Virus record (IMG/VR): IMGVR_UViG_3300021092_000008 | Origin: a virus | Reading direction: 5' to 3' (one strand) | Length of the DNA: 64,000 bases | Shown: one piece after another, positions 20,287-30,688 of the stretch | How positions within the stretch are numbered: position 1 is the stretch's first letter | How the letters are laid out: every line of letters starts with the position of its first letter | Notes under the pieces: generated by a model | Database searches by the model: none | What the model saw: the letters and a program-made list of their open reading frames with translations, nothing else | Told to the model about the DNA's origin: nothing | Translations under genes and position numbers: made by a program

Positions 20287-21928
20287 TGGTGTATATCTTG
20301 GTAATCCTTTATTAAAAAAAGCAAATGTTCCTATTGATTTTACTAGGGAACAAATTGAAGAATATATTAAATGTAAAGAAGACCCCGTTTACTTTGCTTT
20401 AAATTATGTCAAAATTGTTTCTGTTGATGAAGGTCTTATTCCTTTTAGGATGTATGAATTCCAAAAAGAATTAGTTGATAAATTTCATAACAATAGATTC
20501 AATATTGCTAAGTTGCCACGTCAGACAGGCAAATCTACTGTTGTGGTTTCTTATCTACTTCACTATGCTTTGTTTAATGATAGTTCCAACATTGGTATTC
20601 TTGCCAACAAAGCATCCACTGCTCGTGACCTATTAGGAAGATTACAGACAGCATACGAGAATCTTCCTAAATGGTTACAGCAAGGTGTGATCGTTTGGAA
20701 CAAGGGTTCTATGGAACTTGAGAATGGTTCCAAGATTATGGCGGCATCTACATCAGCATCTGCTGTTCGAGGGATGTCATTTAATATCATCTTCCTGGAC
20801 GAATTTGCTTTCGTTCCAAATCATATTGCAGATGACTTTTTCTCATCTGTATATCCTACTATTTCATCTGGACAAAAAACTAAAGTTATTATTATTTCTA
20901 CTCCATATGGTATGAACCACTTTTATAAGTTGTGGGTAGATGCACAAAATGAACGCAACAATTATATTTGGACAGAAGTTCATTGGTCTGAAGTTCCTGG
21001 TCGTGATTCAAAGTGGAAAGAAGAAACAATCAAGAACACTTCAGAACGCCAGTTTACTCAAGAATTTGAGTGTGAATTTTTAGGGTCTGTTGATACATTA
21101 ATTGCTGCTTCTAAATTACGTTCATTAGTTTTTGATACTCCAACTAGTAGTAATAAGGGATTAGATGTTTATGAATCTCCCAACGAGAAATCAGAATATA
21201 TCATAACAGCTGACGTGTCAAGAGGCATTGGTGGTGATTACTCTGCTTTCATTGTATTTGATATTACTACAGTTCCATATAAAATTGTAGCGAAGTATAG
21301 AAACAATGAAATAAAACCAATGTTGTTTCCTAATATAATTAATGATTTAGCAAGAGCATATAATAATGCTTACGTGTTGTGTGAGGTTAACGATGTTGGA
21401 GATCAAGTAGCATCTATTTTAAACTATGATTTAGAATATCCTAATGTATTAATGTGTTCAATGCGAGGTCGTGCTGGACAAATAGTTGGACAAGGATTTT
21501 CTGGAAGTAAAACTCAACTTGGAGTTAAAATGAGTATTACTGTCAAAAAAATTGGTTGCGCCAACCTCAAAACAATTATTGAAGATGATAAATTATTGTT
21601 TAGAGATTATGAAATTATATCTGAACTCACTACATTTATCCAGAAAAAACAATCATTTGAAGCAGATGAAGGTTATCATGATGACTTAGTAATGTGTTTG
21701 GTTATTTTTGCTTGGTTGGCAGTACAAGATTACTTTAAAGAAATGACGGATAATGATGTTCGTCAAAGAATTTACGAAGAGCAAAAAAATCAAATTGAAC
21801 AAGATATGTCTCCATTTGGTTTTATTGTAACTGGATTGGAAGGTGATGAGGGATTTGTTGAAAGTGGTTCTTTATGGGAATATGGTGATACTCAAGAAGA
21901 TGTCTCGTATATGTGGAGTCATTATTAA
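20279..21928 (+). CDS. gp17: Terminase large subunit gp17
   Basis: PRQTGKST Walker A, IFLDEFAF Walker B, DVSRG and HDDLVM nuclease motifs. Confidence 0.98.
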   Translation: MADGVYLGNPLLKKANVPIDFTREQIEEYIKCKEDPVYFALNYVKIVSVDEGLIPFRMYEFQKELVDKFHNNRFNIAKLPRQTGKSTVVVSYLLHYALFNDSSNIGILANKASTARDLLGRLQTAYENLPKWLQQGVIVWNKGSMELENGSKIMAASTSASAVRGMSFNIIFLDEFAFVPNHIADDFFSSVYPTISSGQKTKVIIISTPYGMNHFYKLWVDAQNERNNYIWTEVHWSEVPGRDSKWKEETIKNTSERQFTQEFECEFLGSVDTLIAASKLRSLVFDTPTSSNKGLDVYESPNEKSEYIITADVSRGIGGDYSAFIVFDITTVPYKIVAKYRNNEIKPMLFPNIINDLARAYNNAYVLCEVNDVGDQVASILNYDLEYPNVLMCSMRGRAGQIVGQGFSGSKTQLGVKMSITVKKIGCANLKTIIEDDKLLFRDYEIISELTTFIQKKQSFEADEGYHDDLVMCLVIFAWLAVQDYFKEMTDNDVRQRIYEEQKNQIEQDMSPFGFIVTGLEGDEGFVESGSLWEYGDTQEDVSYMWSHY

Positions 21929-22158
21929 TGGATATAGAAGATCAGTTTACACTAAATCATCTTTTATTTAAAGAGAGAAGGTGTAGGTCTTGCTTAAAAG
22001 TAAAAGATCTTCTATCAGATTTTTACTTAACCAGAAAAGACAGGTCATCGTGTTTATCTGCTTATTCATATGAATGTAAAGAATGTACGTCAAAGAGAAT
22101 AAAGCAATCAAGAAAAAATAAAAATATCGATTTTAAATGGGAGTATCCTGATTGGTAA
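21928..22158 (+). CDS. Small Zn-finger-like hypothetical protein
   Basis: CRSC...YSYECKEC; starts at a TAATG overlap with the gp17 stop. Confidence 0.75.
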   Translation: MDIEDQFTLNHLLFKERRCRSCLKVKDLLSDFYLTRKDRSSCLSAYSYECKECTSKRIKQSRKNKNIDFKWEYPDW

Positions 22159-22198
22159 AGTGTTCATGCACTCTTTCCCCAGTTAAAAGAATCAATTT

Positions 22199-22206
22199 AC
22201 TAAATA
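22199..22206 (+). promoter_or_regulatory. T4-type late promoter (ACTAAATA)
   Basis: TAAATA box upstream of the gp18 RBS AAGGAG. Confidence 0.75.
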
Positions 22207-22244
22207 ATTTTAGATCAAAATGAAATCTTTACAAGGAGAAAAAC

Positions 22245-24674
22245 ATGGCAAGTCAGGTATCGCCTGGAATTACTATTAAGGAGCGTGACCTATCTAATGC
22301 TGTTGTTATTGGTGCTCAACAAATCAACGCCGCTTTTGCATCTTCATTCAAAAAAGGACCAATTGGAAAAGTAACTAGCGTAAGTTCACAAAAAGAACTT
22401 GTTAATATTTTTGGGAAACCCTCGGACGCTAACGCAGAAGATTGGTTTGTTGCATCTGAATTTTTGGGTTATGGTGGTAGATTGTCAGTTGTACGCGCTG
22501 CTACTAATGTGTTGAACGCAACTAGCGGCACAGCTGGTGTCCTAGTTAGAAACGAAACGGATTGGGCAGCAGGAGCTGGCACATCAGAAGTTTATGTTGC
22601 CAAAACATCTGGATCTTGGGGTAATAGTTTAAAAGTAGTTTTAGTAGATCGTGGTGCAGATCAATACGTTACATTCTCATCAGTTCCATCTGGAATGGCG
22701 GCAGGTACTGACGTTGCATTTAGCGGTGGTAAACTAGGAGAGGTTCTTTCTTGGGACACAACAACTAAAACCGCAGCAGTTATTTTAAACGATCCCACTG
22801 TTCGCCTAACCACTAGTGATACGTTAGCATCACCAGAACTTGGTGTAGTTGCTACAACATCTAACCTGTCTGGTGGTACACTTTATACTGCTGCAACTGG
22901 CGTAGCAACTACTGGTGGATCTGGAACTGGTCTAACAGTAAACACCACAGTTACTGTTGGTTCGGTTCTAACTTTTGCGGCAGGAAGTGGCGGAACTTTA
23001 TATGTAACCGCAAACAACGTTACCACAACTGGCGGAACTGGAACTGGTTTAACAGTAAACATTGTTGCAGCTGCAGGATCAATTACTGGAATCGTAATTG
23101 CAAACGCTGGTACTGGTTATACAGTTGGTGATACAATCACAATTGCTGGCGGTGGTAGTAATGCAACATTTGTTGTTTCAACAGTAAAAGGTGCAGTTTC
23201 TGCAGTTGCAGTTGCTGCTGGCGGAGTTGGTTATCTTGTTAATGATACAATAACTATTTCTGGTACAACAGGAACATCCGCTACTTTCAAAGTTGCTACT
23301 GTTACTGACACAAATATTTCTATTACTGCAGTATCAGATTGGTATTCAAATACAAATATTCCAGGCACAGATCTCAAACTAACTGCTATTGGCATAAGAC
23401 CAGGAACATCACAATATGCATCTGATACTGGTGTTTCTTATGATGAACTTCATGTGGTAGTTATTGATATTGATGGTCAAGTTTCTGGGGCAAAAAATAC
23501 TATTCTAGAAAGATTGACACACCTTTCCAAGTTAACAGATGGTAAGAGTTCAGAAGGTGCCGCAACTTATTATAAAGATGTAATTAATTCAAATTCAGCA
23601 TACATCTTTGCTGGTGCTACTGTTAGTGGTTTTACAAATCCTTCTTCTCTCGGGGCGGGACAAACTTGGGATCAAACAGCATCTGCATCTGCTGTAAGTG
23701 GCGGAAAACTTAATCTTTCTGGACTAAAAGTTTCAGATCTTAAGTTTGGAATAGATGATTATGCATATACTAATGCTGAAATTGGAGATGCTTATGATCT
23801 ATTTTTAGACACAGAAACTATTAAGATTGATTTTATTTTGATGGGTGGTTCTATGACTTTAGAAACTAACTCAAAATCAAAGGCATCAAAAGTTATTTCT
23901 ATTGCCGCTAGTAGAAAAGATTGTGTCGCTTTCGTTTCTGCTCACAAAGGAAATCAAATCGGAACTAATGGTGCTTTAACTGCTACTCAACAAAGAGAGA
24001 ATACAATTAACTTTTTCAATGGTTTAACTTCAACTTCATACGCTGTGTTTGATAGCGGTTACAAATATTTCTATGATCGCTTTAATGACAAGTATCGTTA
24101 CTTACCATGTAACGGTGATATCGCTGGTCTATGTGTATCTACTTCTGCTGCCTTAGATGATTGGTATTCTCCTGCTGGTTTAAACAGAGGTTCTTTAAGA
24201 AACGCTGTTAAACTTGCTTATAACCCAAATAAAGCAGATAGAGATGAACTCTATCAGAATAGAATCAATCCTATTGTTTCTTTCCCTGGTTCTGGCGTAA
24301 CTCTATTTGGAGATAAGACCGCTCTTGCTTCTCCTTCCGCATTTGATAGAATTAATGTTCGTCGTTTATTCCTCAATATTGAGAAGAGAGTAGAAGGTCT
24401 TGCTAAGCAAGTTCTATTTGAACAGAACGATGAGATCACAAGATCATCGTTTGCTAGCGCCATTAATTCGTACATGGCAGAAATTCAAGCAAGAAGAGGC
24501 GTGACCGACTTCTTAGTTGTTTGTGATGACACTAACAATACACCTGATGTTATTGATCGTAACGAATTTGTTGCTGAATTGTTTATCAAACCAACTCGTT
24601 CAATCAATTATGTATCAGTAACATTTACTGCTACTAAGACTGGTGTTTCGTTTGCTGAAGTAATTGGTCAGTAA
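22245..24674 (+). CDS. gp18: Tail sheath protein gp18 with Gly/Thr-rich insertion
   Basis: SPGITIKERD, WYSPAG.NRG, FDRINVRRLF, IKPTRSINY motifs. Confidence 0.97.
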   Translation: MASQVSPGITIKERDLSNAVVIGAQQINAAFASSFKKGPIGKVTSVSSQKELVNIFGKPSDANAEDWFVASEFLGYGGRLSVVRAATNVLNATSGTAGVLVRNETDWAAGAGTSEVYVAKTSGSWGNSLKVVLVDRGADQYVTFSSVPSGMAAGTDVAFSGGKLGEVLSWDTTTKTAAVILNDPTVRLTTSDTLASPELGVVATTSNLSGGTLYTAATGVATTGGSGTGLTVNTTVTVGSVLTFAAGSGGTLYVTANNVTTTGGTGTGLTVNIVAAAGSITGIVIANAGTGYTVGDTITIAGGGSNATFVVSTVKGAVSAVAVAAGGVGYLVNDTITISGTTGTSATFKVATVTDTNISITAVSDWYSNTNIPGTDLKLTAIGIRPGTSQYASDTGVSYDELHVVVIDIDGQVSGAKNTILERLTHLSKLTDGKSSEGAATYYKDVINSNSAYIFAGATVSGFTNPSSLGAGQTWDQTASASAVSGGKLNLSGLKVSDLKFGIDDYAYTNAEIGDAYDLFLDTETIKIDFILMGGSMTLETNSKSKASKVISIAASRKDCVAFVSAHKGNQIGTNGALTATQQRENTINFFNGLTSTSYAVFDSGYKYFYDRFNDKYRYLPCNGDIAGLCVSTSAALDDWYSPAGLNRGSLRNAVKLAYNPNKADRDELYQNRINPIVSFPGSGVTLFGDKTALASPSAFDRINVRRLFLNIEKRVEGLAKQVLFEQNDEITRSSFASAINSYMAEIQARRGVTDFLVVCDDTNNTPDVIDRNEFVAELFIKPTRSINYVSVTFTATKTGVSFAEVIGQ

Positions 24675-24705
24675 TTTCATCACAAATTTTACGAGGTAAA
24701 AAACA

Positions 24706-25329
24706 ATGGCAACCAAAATTTCTAATTTCATCTCACAGATTGGACAAGGCGTTAAGCCTAATATGTTCTATGTTGAGATTCCTTTCCCAACCGCTGGCAA
24801 CGGATTGAAAGGTGGAACAATTAGCGCCGATGACCAAGGATTAGTTAACTTACTTTGTAAGTCAGCAGCTCTTCCAGCATCACAATTAGGTGTTATCGAA
24901 GTTCCTTTCCGTGGAAGAACAGTCAAGATCGCTGGTGATAGAACCTTTGATACTTGGACTGCTACCTTCTTCAATGATAAAGATATGAAGATTCGTGGAT
25001 TATTCGAGCAGTGGTTAGAAGCTATCAACACTCATGATAACAACAACGCCCCTCTCTTTACTCCATCTGTAGATGGTTCAACTGGTTATGCTCAACTTCT
25101 AAAAGTTAAGCAACTAGAAAAGAACTCATCGACAGAACCAACAACTGCTGCTATCTTAAGAGAGTATTCTTTACACTATGCTTTCCCAACTAACGTTTCT
25201 CAAATTGATCTTGCTTATGATAGCAATGATCAGATTGAAGAATTTACAGTTGAATTCCAATATTCTTATTGGACAGTTGCAACTGCTGGTACAAGATCTG
25301 GTTCTTCAAACCGTATTGTAAATCAGTAA
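24706..25329 (+). CDS. gp19: Tail tube protein gp19
   Basis: VPFRGR.VKIAGDRTFDTWT and IEEFTVEFQYSYW motifs. Confidence 0.97.
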   Translation: MATKISNFISQIGQGVKPNMFYVEIPFPTAGNGLKGGTISADDQGLVNLLCKSAALPASQLGVIEVPFRGRTVKIAGDRTFDTWTATFFNDKDMKIRGLFEQWLEAINTHDNNNAPLFTPSVDGSTGYAQLLKVKQLEKNSSTEPTTAAILREYSLHYAFPTNVSQIDLAYDSNDQIEEFTVEFQYSYWTVATAGTRSGSSNRIVNQ

Positions 25330-25335
25330 TAAATA
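25328..25335 (+). promoter_or_regulatory. T4-type late promoter (AATAAATA)
   Basis: TAAATA box between gp19 and gp20. Confidence 0.7.
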
Positions 25336-25361
25336 GTATATAACTGAGTTCTACCATTACT

Positions 25362-27092
25362 ATGAGTCAACTATTTGGATTTCTAATTAACAAGGAGGGT
25401 GGAAATAGGGGTCAATCTCCTATTTCCCCAAACCAAGATGATAACATAGCCACCGTAGCAGGTGGCTATTTTGGCACATATGTAGATACAGAAGCTGTTG
25501 CTAAGAACGAATACGAATATATCAAAAGATATAGGGATATGGCAATGCACCCTGAATGTGATTCAGCGGTAGATGAAATTGTCAACGAGTTTGTTGTTAG
25601 CGATGCTGATGATTCCCCTGTACAGGTTGAGTTATCTAATTTAGAAATTAGTGATACATTAAAATCAAAAATTATCAATGAATTTAATTACATTAAAAGG
25701 TTATTACAATTTGATAAAAAATGCCATAACATTATTCGTAATTGGTATGTAGACGGAAGAATATTTTACCACAAAGTTATTGATTTAGACAACCCCAAAA
25801 AAGGTATTTTAGAATTAAGGTATGTCGATCCGCTCAAATTAAAAAAAGTAAGGCAGCAAATTAAAGATACAAATGCTGATGCTCACTTAATGAGAGGGTC
25901 AGCAATGGAATATGATTGGGGAGATTATATAGAATATTATCTTTACAATCCAAAAGGTTTTACTACTTCATTACCATCTAATTCCCCATCAGATTATTCT
26001 GTTGCTAACGGTATTAAGATAGCAGTAGATTCTATTGCTACTGCTGATTGTGGTGTAAAAGATCTTAACAAAAAGATGACGTTAAGTTTCTTACACAAAG
26101 CAATCAAAGCACTCAACCAGTTAAGAATGATTGAAGATTCGCTGGTTATCTATAGATTATCTCGTGCCCCAGAAAGAAGAATTTTTTACATTGATGTTGG
26201 TAATCTTCCTAAAGTAAAAGCAGAGCAATACCTTCGTGAGGTTATGGCTCGCTATAGAAATAAACTTGTCTATGATGCTAGCACTGGAGAGATTCGTGAT
26301 GATAAAAAGCATATGTCGATGCTTGAAGACTTCTGGTTACCTCGCCGTGAAGGTGGTAGAGGAACTGAAATCACTACACTCCCAGGCGGTCAGAACCTTG
26401 GTGAACTCAAGGACGTTGAGTATTTCAAAAAGAAACTTTACAACTCACTCAACCTACCACCTTCCCGCCTTACTGATGACAACAAAGGGTTTAATCTTGG
26501 TAAGACCACAGAGGTTCTCAGGGATGAACTTAAGTTTACTAAATTTATCGGAAGACTTCGTAAAAAATTCAGTGAGTTATTCCACGATATTCTCAAAACA
26601 CAATTAATCCTCAAAGGTATTATCACTCCCGAAGATTGGGAGGATATGGAAGAACATATCCAATATGACTACTTGTTTGATAATCACTTTAATGAATTAA
26701 AAGAACAAGAACTCAATCTTCAAAGAATTCAACTTGTTACCCAAATGGATCCATTTGTTGGTAAGTATTTCTCAGTTGAATATATTCGTCGCCAAGTATT
26801 AATGCAAACTGAGCAAGAATACAAGGAAATGGATAAGCAAATGAAGAAAGAAATTAAATCTGGATTGGCAGTTAATCCTGTAGATCTTAATGCCATGAGT
26901 ACAATGGATGCTCAAAATTCTGCTTTCGCTCCAGAGATTCAGGATATGCAAGCACAAGCTTCATTTGATAGAGATCAAGAATCCGCTGATGCTGCATTTG
27001 ATAGGAATGAAAAATCTGCTGATGCTGCTGCTAGTAGAGAAATGAAGGCGCTAAAGTCTCAACCAAAACCAAAAACAAGTTCTACTAAATAG
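25362..27092 (+). CDS. gp20: Portal protein gp20
   Basis: YRLSRAPERRIFYIDVGNLPK and EDFWLPRREGGRGTEITTLPGG motifs. Confidence 0.98.
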   Translation: MSQLFGFLINKEGGNRGQSPISPNQDDNIATVAGGYFGTYVDTEAVAKNEYEYIKRYRDMAMHPECDSAVDEIVNEFVVSDADDSPVQVELSNLEISDTLKSKIINEFNYIKRLLQFDKKCHNIIRNWYVDGRIFYHKVIDLDNPKKGILELRYVDPLKLKKVRQQIKDTNADAHLMRGSAMEYDWGDYIEYYLYNPKGFTTSLPSNSPSDYSVANGIKIAVDSIATADCGVKDLNKKMTLSFLHKAIKALNQLRMIEDSLVIYRLSRAPERRIFYIDVGNLPKVKAEQYLREVMARYRNKLVYDASTGEIRDDKKHMSMLEDFWLPRREGGRGTEITTLPGGQNLGELKDVEYFKKKLYNSLNLPPSRLTDDNKGFNLGKTTEVLRDELKFTKFIGRLRKKFSELFHDILKTQLILKGIITPEDWEDMEEHIQYDYLFDNHFNELKEQELNLQRIQLVTQMDPFVGKYFSVEYIRRQVLMQTEQEYKEMDKQMKKEIKSGLAVNPVDLNAMSTMDAQNSAFAPEIQDMQAQASFDRDQESADAAFDRNEKSADAAASREMKALKSQPKPKTSSTK

Positions 27093-27112
27093 AATATAAC
27101 TTTATTATTAAT

Positions 27113-27283
27113 ATGGAATCGACTTTAGATATTATTAATTTACTTCATGCCAATAAAAAGGCAGATGCTTTAGAGAAGATTGATGATCTTCTCTACAAAA
27201 AAGCTGCCGAAGTTATTGACAATTATAAGAAAGTAGTTGCCGCTACTTACTTTGACGAACCAGTAGACACAGAAGAACAATGA
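27113..27283 (+). CDS. Small prohead core-like protein (56 aa, not in the ORF track)
   Basis: MESTLDIINLLHANKKADALEKIDDLLYKKAAEVIDNYKKVVAATYFDEPVDTEEQ; fills the gp20-gp21 gap behind ACTAAATA (27084-27091), at the position of T4 gp67/68. Confidence 0.7.
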   Translation: MESTLDIINLLHANKKADALEKIDDLLYKKAAEVIDNYKKVVAATYFDEPVDTEEQ

Positions 27284-27924
27284 AACTCATCACGGAAAAT
27301 ATCGAGAACGTTCAAGTACTCGTAGAAGAAAAGAATGGAAAGAAAAATCTTTACATTGAAGGAGTGTTTCTACAATCAGAAACAAAAAACCGCAATGGAA
27401 GGATTTATCCTTTCGATATTTTAAATCGTGAAGTAGAAAGATACAATCAAGAATATGTATCTGCTGGTCGTGCTCTAGGTGAACTAGGACATCCTGATGG
27501 ACCTAGCGTAAATCTAGATCGTGTATCCCATAAGATTGTGTCTCTTCGCTCTGAAGGCACAAACTTTATTGGTAAAGCACGTATCTTAGATACACCTATG
27601 GGACAAATTGCTAAGTCACTTCTTGAGGAAGGAGTAAAGCTTGGTGTTTCTTCTAGAGGCATGGGTTCTTTAGAAGAAAAGAATGGTGTGAAATATGTTC
27701 GTGATGATTTCATGCTTGCTACTGCTGCTGATATTGTAGCAGATCCCTCCGCACCTGACGCTTTTGTTCAGGGAATTATGGAAGGTAAAGAGTGGGTCTG
27801 GGACAACGGACTTCTAAAAGAATACCGTGTTTCCGAAATTAAGCAATATATTTCGGGAGCGACCCGTAAAAATTTAGAGGAAAGAAAGTTAAAAGCATTT
27901 ACTGCTTTCCTTTCAAATCTATAA
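27280..27924 (+). CDS. gp21: Prohead protease gp21
   Basis: NRNGRIYP, ALGELGHP, GVSSRGMGS, DIVADPSAPDA motifs. Confidence 0.97.
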   Translation: MKLITENIENVQVLVEEKNGKKNLYIEGVFLQSETKNRNGRIYPFDILNREVERYNQEYVSAGRALGELGHPDGPSVNLDRVSHKIVSLRSEGTNFIGKARILDTPMGQIAKSLLEEGVKLGVSSRGMGSLEEKNGVKYVRDDFMLATAADIVADPSAPDAFVQGIMEGKEWVWDNGLLKEYRVSEIKQYISGATRKNLEERKLKAFTAFLSNL

Positions 27925-27928
27925 ATTT

Positions 27929-27936
27929 GATAAATA
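27929..27936 (+). promoter_or_regulatory. T4-type late promoter (GATAAATA)
   Basis: TAAATA box upstream of gp22. Confidence 0.7.
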
Positions 27937-27979
27937 ATTCATAGAATAAATTTAATGTAGAATTACGAGGAATACTCAA

Positions 27980-29143
27980 ATGTCAGATAGATTAAACGAA
28001 AAGTTTGAGGAGCTTGTATCTGGTGCTGGAATTATTGTAGAAGCTGGCGACCCAATGCCTACCGTTAATGCTTCTGTAATTCCTGGAGGATCAGGTTCTG
28101 CTCCTAGCGGACAAGTTAATGATGCTCAAACTAGAGGTGGTGGTCATGATCCACAACCTACAGTAACAACACAAGCTGTTGCTCCTTACCACCAATCAAT
28201 TACTGATCTTGGCGGAACTTCAACAACTCCACATGAGCATGATGAAGATGGTGAAGAAAATCCTGGTGCTAAAGCAGCTGCTCCTGTTGGTGCTAAGGCT
28301 GCTCAAAGCGATGGAACCGCTCAAACTTCTCACATTCATGACCCAGGCGAAATGGGTAAAACTCCTAGTGTTGGTGTAGAAGTAGCGTATGGTACTCACA
28401 CTGGTCCAAATGTAACCTACCCAATTAAGCCTTCATACGAAGAACTTGATCTATCTAGCGACGTTGCTGCTCTCACCGAAGGGGAAGATCTTTCGGAAGA
28501 TTTCAAAGCAAAAGCAAAAACAATTTTAGAAGCCGCCGTAACTTCAAAATTAAATGAAGAGTATGCTAAATTAAACGAGCAGTTTGAAGCTCGTGTTGCT
28601 GAGCAAGTAGAAATTGTTAAGAAAGAACTTGCTGAGCAAGTAGAAGGAACAATCAATTATGCTATCAACAACTGGCTAGAAGAAAATCAAGTCAGTGTTG
28701 ATCGTGGTGTCCGTAATGAAATCACTGAAGATTTCATTGCTGGTCTCAAAAATCTATTCCAAGAACATTACATCAGCATTCCTGATGAAAAAATTGATGT
28801 TCTTGAAGGAATGACCGACGAGCTTCGTGAGATGGAACAACGCCTCAATGAACAAATTGAGCGTAACGTGGAATTAAATAATCGTCTTTCTGAGTCAACC
28901 CGTGTAGTTATTCTGAATCAAATTTCAGAAGGACTTGCCGATACTCAGAAAGAAAAGCTTGCTTCTTTATCAGAGGGTGTCAATTTTGAATCCCCTGAAA
29001 AATTTGCTGAAGCAGTAAAGACTCTACGTGAGTCATATTTCCCTCAGTCAGTTACTAAAGAAGTAAGTGACGAAACTCCAGTAGATGGCGATGTAACACC
29101 AGCAATGGCTGCTTACCTCAATGCTATCGCTCGCTGGAAGTGA
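27980..29143 (+). CDS. gp22: Prohead core scaffold protein gp22
   Basis: LSEDFKAKAKTILEAAV, W.EEN, LRESYF motifs; lies between gp21 and gp23. Confidence 0.93.
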   Translation: MSDRLNEKFEELVSGAGIIVEAGDPMPTVNASVIPGGSGSAPSGQVNDAQTRGGGHDPQPTVTTQAVAPYHQSITDLGGTSTTPHEHDEDGEENPGAKAAAPVGAKAAQSDGTAQTSHIHDPGEMGKTPSVGVEVAYGTHTGPNVTYPIKPSYEELDLSSDVAALTEGEDLSEDFKAKAKTILEAAVTSKLNEEYAKLNEQFEARVAEQVEIVKKELAEQVEGTINYAINNWLEENQVSVDRGVRNEITEDFIAGLKNLFQEHYISIPDEKIDVLEGMTDELREMEQRLNEQIERNVELNNRLSESTRVVILNQISEGLADTQKEKLASLSEGVNFESPEKFAEAVKTLRESYFPQSVTKEVSDETPVDGDVTPAMAAYLNAIARWK

Positions 29144-29148
29144 TACTT

Positions 29149-29156
29149 TATAAATA
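29149..29156 (+). promoter_or_regulatory. T4-type late promoter (TATAAATA)
   Basis: Exact consensus upstream of gp23. Confidence 0.85.
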
Positions 29157-29205
29157 ATTATCATCAAACCCACACAATCTTTTCCAAAAAAAGAAGGAGA
29201 AACAA

Positions 29206-30612
29206 ATGTTTAACGCTAAACTTCTCCAGGAAAAGTGGGCACCTGTTCTAAATCACTCGGAAGCTCCCGCTATCCAAGATCGTTACAAGCAGGCTGTTAC
29301 CGCTGTTCTCCTGGAAAATCAAGAAAGAGCCCTACGTGAAGAGCGTAACATCCTCAATGAGGTTGCTGTAAACTCACTAGGCGCTGGAACTATTGATCCA
29401 GCTGGTTCAGCTCTATCAACCGCCAACACTGGTGGACTTGCTGGTTTCGATCCAATTCTAATCAGCCTAGTTCGTCGTTCAATGCCAAACCTCATGGCTT
29501 ATGACGTTTGTGGTGTTCAACCAATGAGCGGTCCTAATGGACTTATCTTTGCCATGAGATCACGTTACGAGAATCAAGCTGGCGAAGAAGCTCTATTCAA
29601 CGAACCAGATACTGGATTCACTGCTGGTTACGACGCAACTACTGGCGCTTACACCCCAAGAACTGGTGCTGGTGTTGGTGGAGATTCTGAAGGTAACAAT
29701 CCTTCTCTACTTAACGACGCTACCCCTGGCACTTATGAAGTTGCTCGTGGTATGAGCCGTGAAGACCTAGAAAGAATGGGCGAGTCAGGTCGTCTATTCC
29801 GTGAGATGTCATTCAGCATCGAGAAGACTTCGGTTACCGCCAAGTCAAGAGCCCTCAAAGCTGAGTACACTCTAGAACTTGCTCAAGACCTTAAGGCTAT
29901 TCATGGTCTTGATGCTGAGCAAGAACTTGCTAACATTCTTTCAAGTGAAGTTCTTGCCGAAATCAACCGTGAAGTTGTTCGTACCGTTTACCGTGTTGCC
30001 AAGAAAGGCGCTCAGAATAACGTTGCTACCGCTGGTGTATTTGACCTCGACGTTGATTCCAACGGTCGTTGGACGGTTGAAAAGTGGAAGGGTCTACTCT
30101 TCCAGATTGAAAGAGATTGTAACGCTATTGCCCAAGACACTCGTAGAGGCAAGGGTAACTTCCTCATCTGCTCAGCTGACGTTGCTTCAGCTCTAGCGAT
30201 GGCTGGTACTCTCGATTATTCCTCAGGTCTCGGCGGCGCTGGTGGTCCTTCCCTCAGTGGTGTTGATGACACTGGCAACCTTGCTGTTGGTACAATCAAT
30301 GGTAGAATCAAGGTCTTTGTTGATCCTTATGCTGCTAATGTTTCTGATAAGCATTACTACCTCGTAGGTTATAAGGGTTCTTCACCATATGACGCTGGAT
30401 TCTTCTACTGCCCATATGTACCCCTCCAGATGCTCCGTTCGATTGATCCTAACACCTTCCAGCCTAAAATTGGCTTCAAGACTCGTTACGGCATGGTATC
30501 GAACCCATTCGTCACCACCAACGGTGCTTACAACGGCACTCCAGATGGCGAGACTCTCACCCCTAATGCTAACATGTACTACAGAAGAGTACAAGTTAAG
30601 AACCTCATGTGA
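29206..30612 (+). CDS. gp23: Major capsid protein gp23
   Basis: GVQPMSGP.GLIFAMRSRY, KSRALKAEYTLELAQDLKAIHGLDAE, FQPKIGFKTRYG motifs. Confidence 0.99.
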   Translation: MFNAKLLQEKWAPVLNHSEAPAIQDRYKQAVTAVLLENQERALREERNILNEVAVNSLGAGTIDPAGSALSTANTGGLAGFDPILISLVRRSMPNLMAYDVCGVQPMSGPNGLIFAMRSRYENQAGEEALFNEPDTGFTAGYDATTGAYTPRTGAGVGGDSEGNNPSLLNDATPGTYEVARGMSREDLERMGESGRLFREMSFSIEKTSVTAKSRALKAEYTLELAQDLKAIHGLDAEQELANILSSEVLAEINREVVRTVYRVAKKGAQNNVATAGVFDLDVDSNGRWTVEKWKGLLFQIERDCNAIAQDTRRGKGNFLICSADVASALAMAGTLDYSSGLGGAGGPSLSGVDDTGNLAVGTINGRIKVFVDPYAANVSDKHYYLVGYKGSSPYDAGFFYCPYVPLQMLRSIDPNTFQPKIGFKTRYGMVSNPFVTTNGAYNGTPDGETLTPNANMYYRRVQVKNLM

Positions 30613-30630
30613 TTCATCACTGGTTCATCT

Positions 30631-30654
30631 AGACCCCTTCGGGGGTCTTTTTTT
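30631..30654 (+). terminator. Intrinsic terminator after gp23
   Basis: AGACCCC-TTCG-GGGGTCT followed by a T run. Confidence 0.9.
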
Positions 30655-30659
30655 ATGCA

Positions 30660-30667
30660 GATAAATA
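30660..30667 (+). promoter_or_regulatory. T4-type late promoter (GATAAATA)
   Basis: Directly after the terminator and upstream of gp3. Confidence 0.7.
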
Positions 30668-30688
30668 GTAGTAGCTTGGGAAGTTGAC

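Noticed and set aside
21928-22158. Mobile HNH homing endonuclease after gp17
   Set aside because: Only 76 aa with a CxxC...CxxC finger and no HNH catalytic motif; kept as a hypothetical protein.
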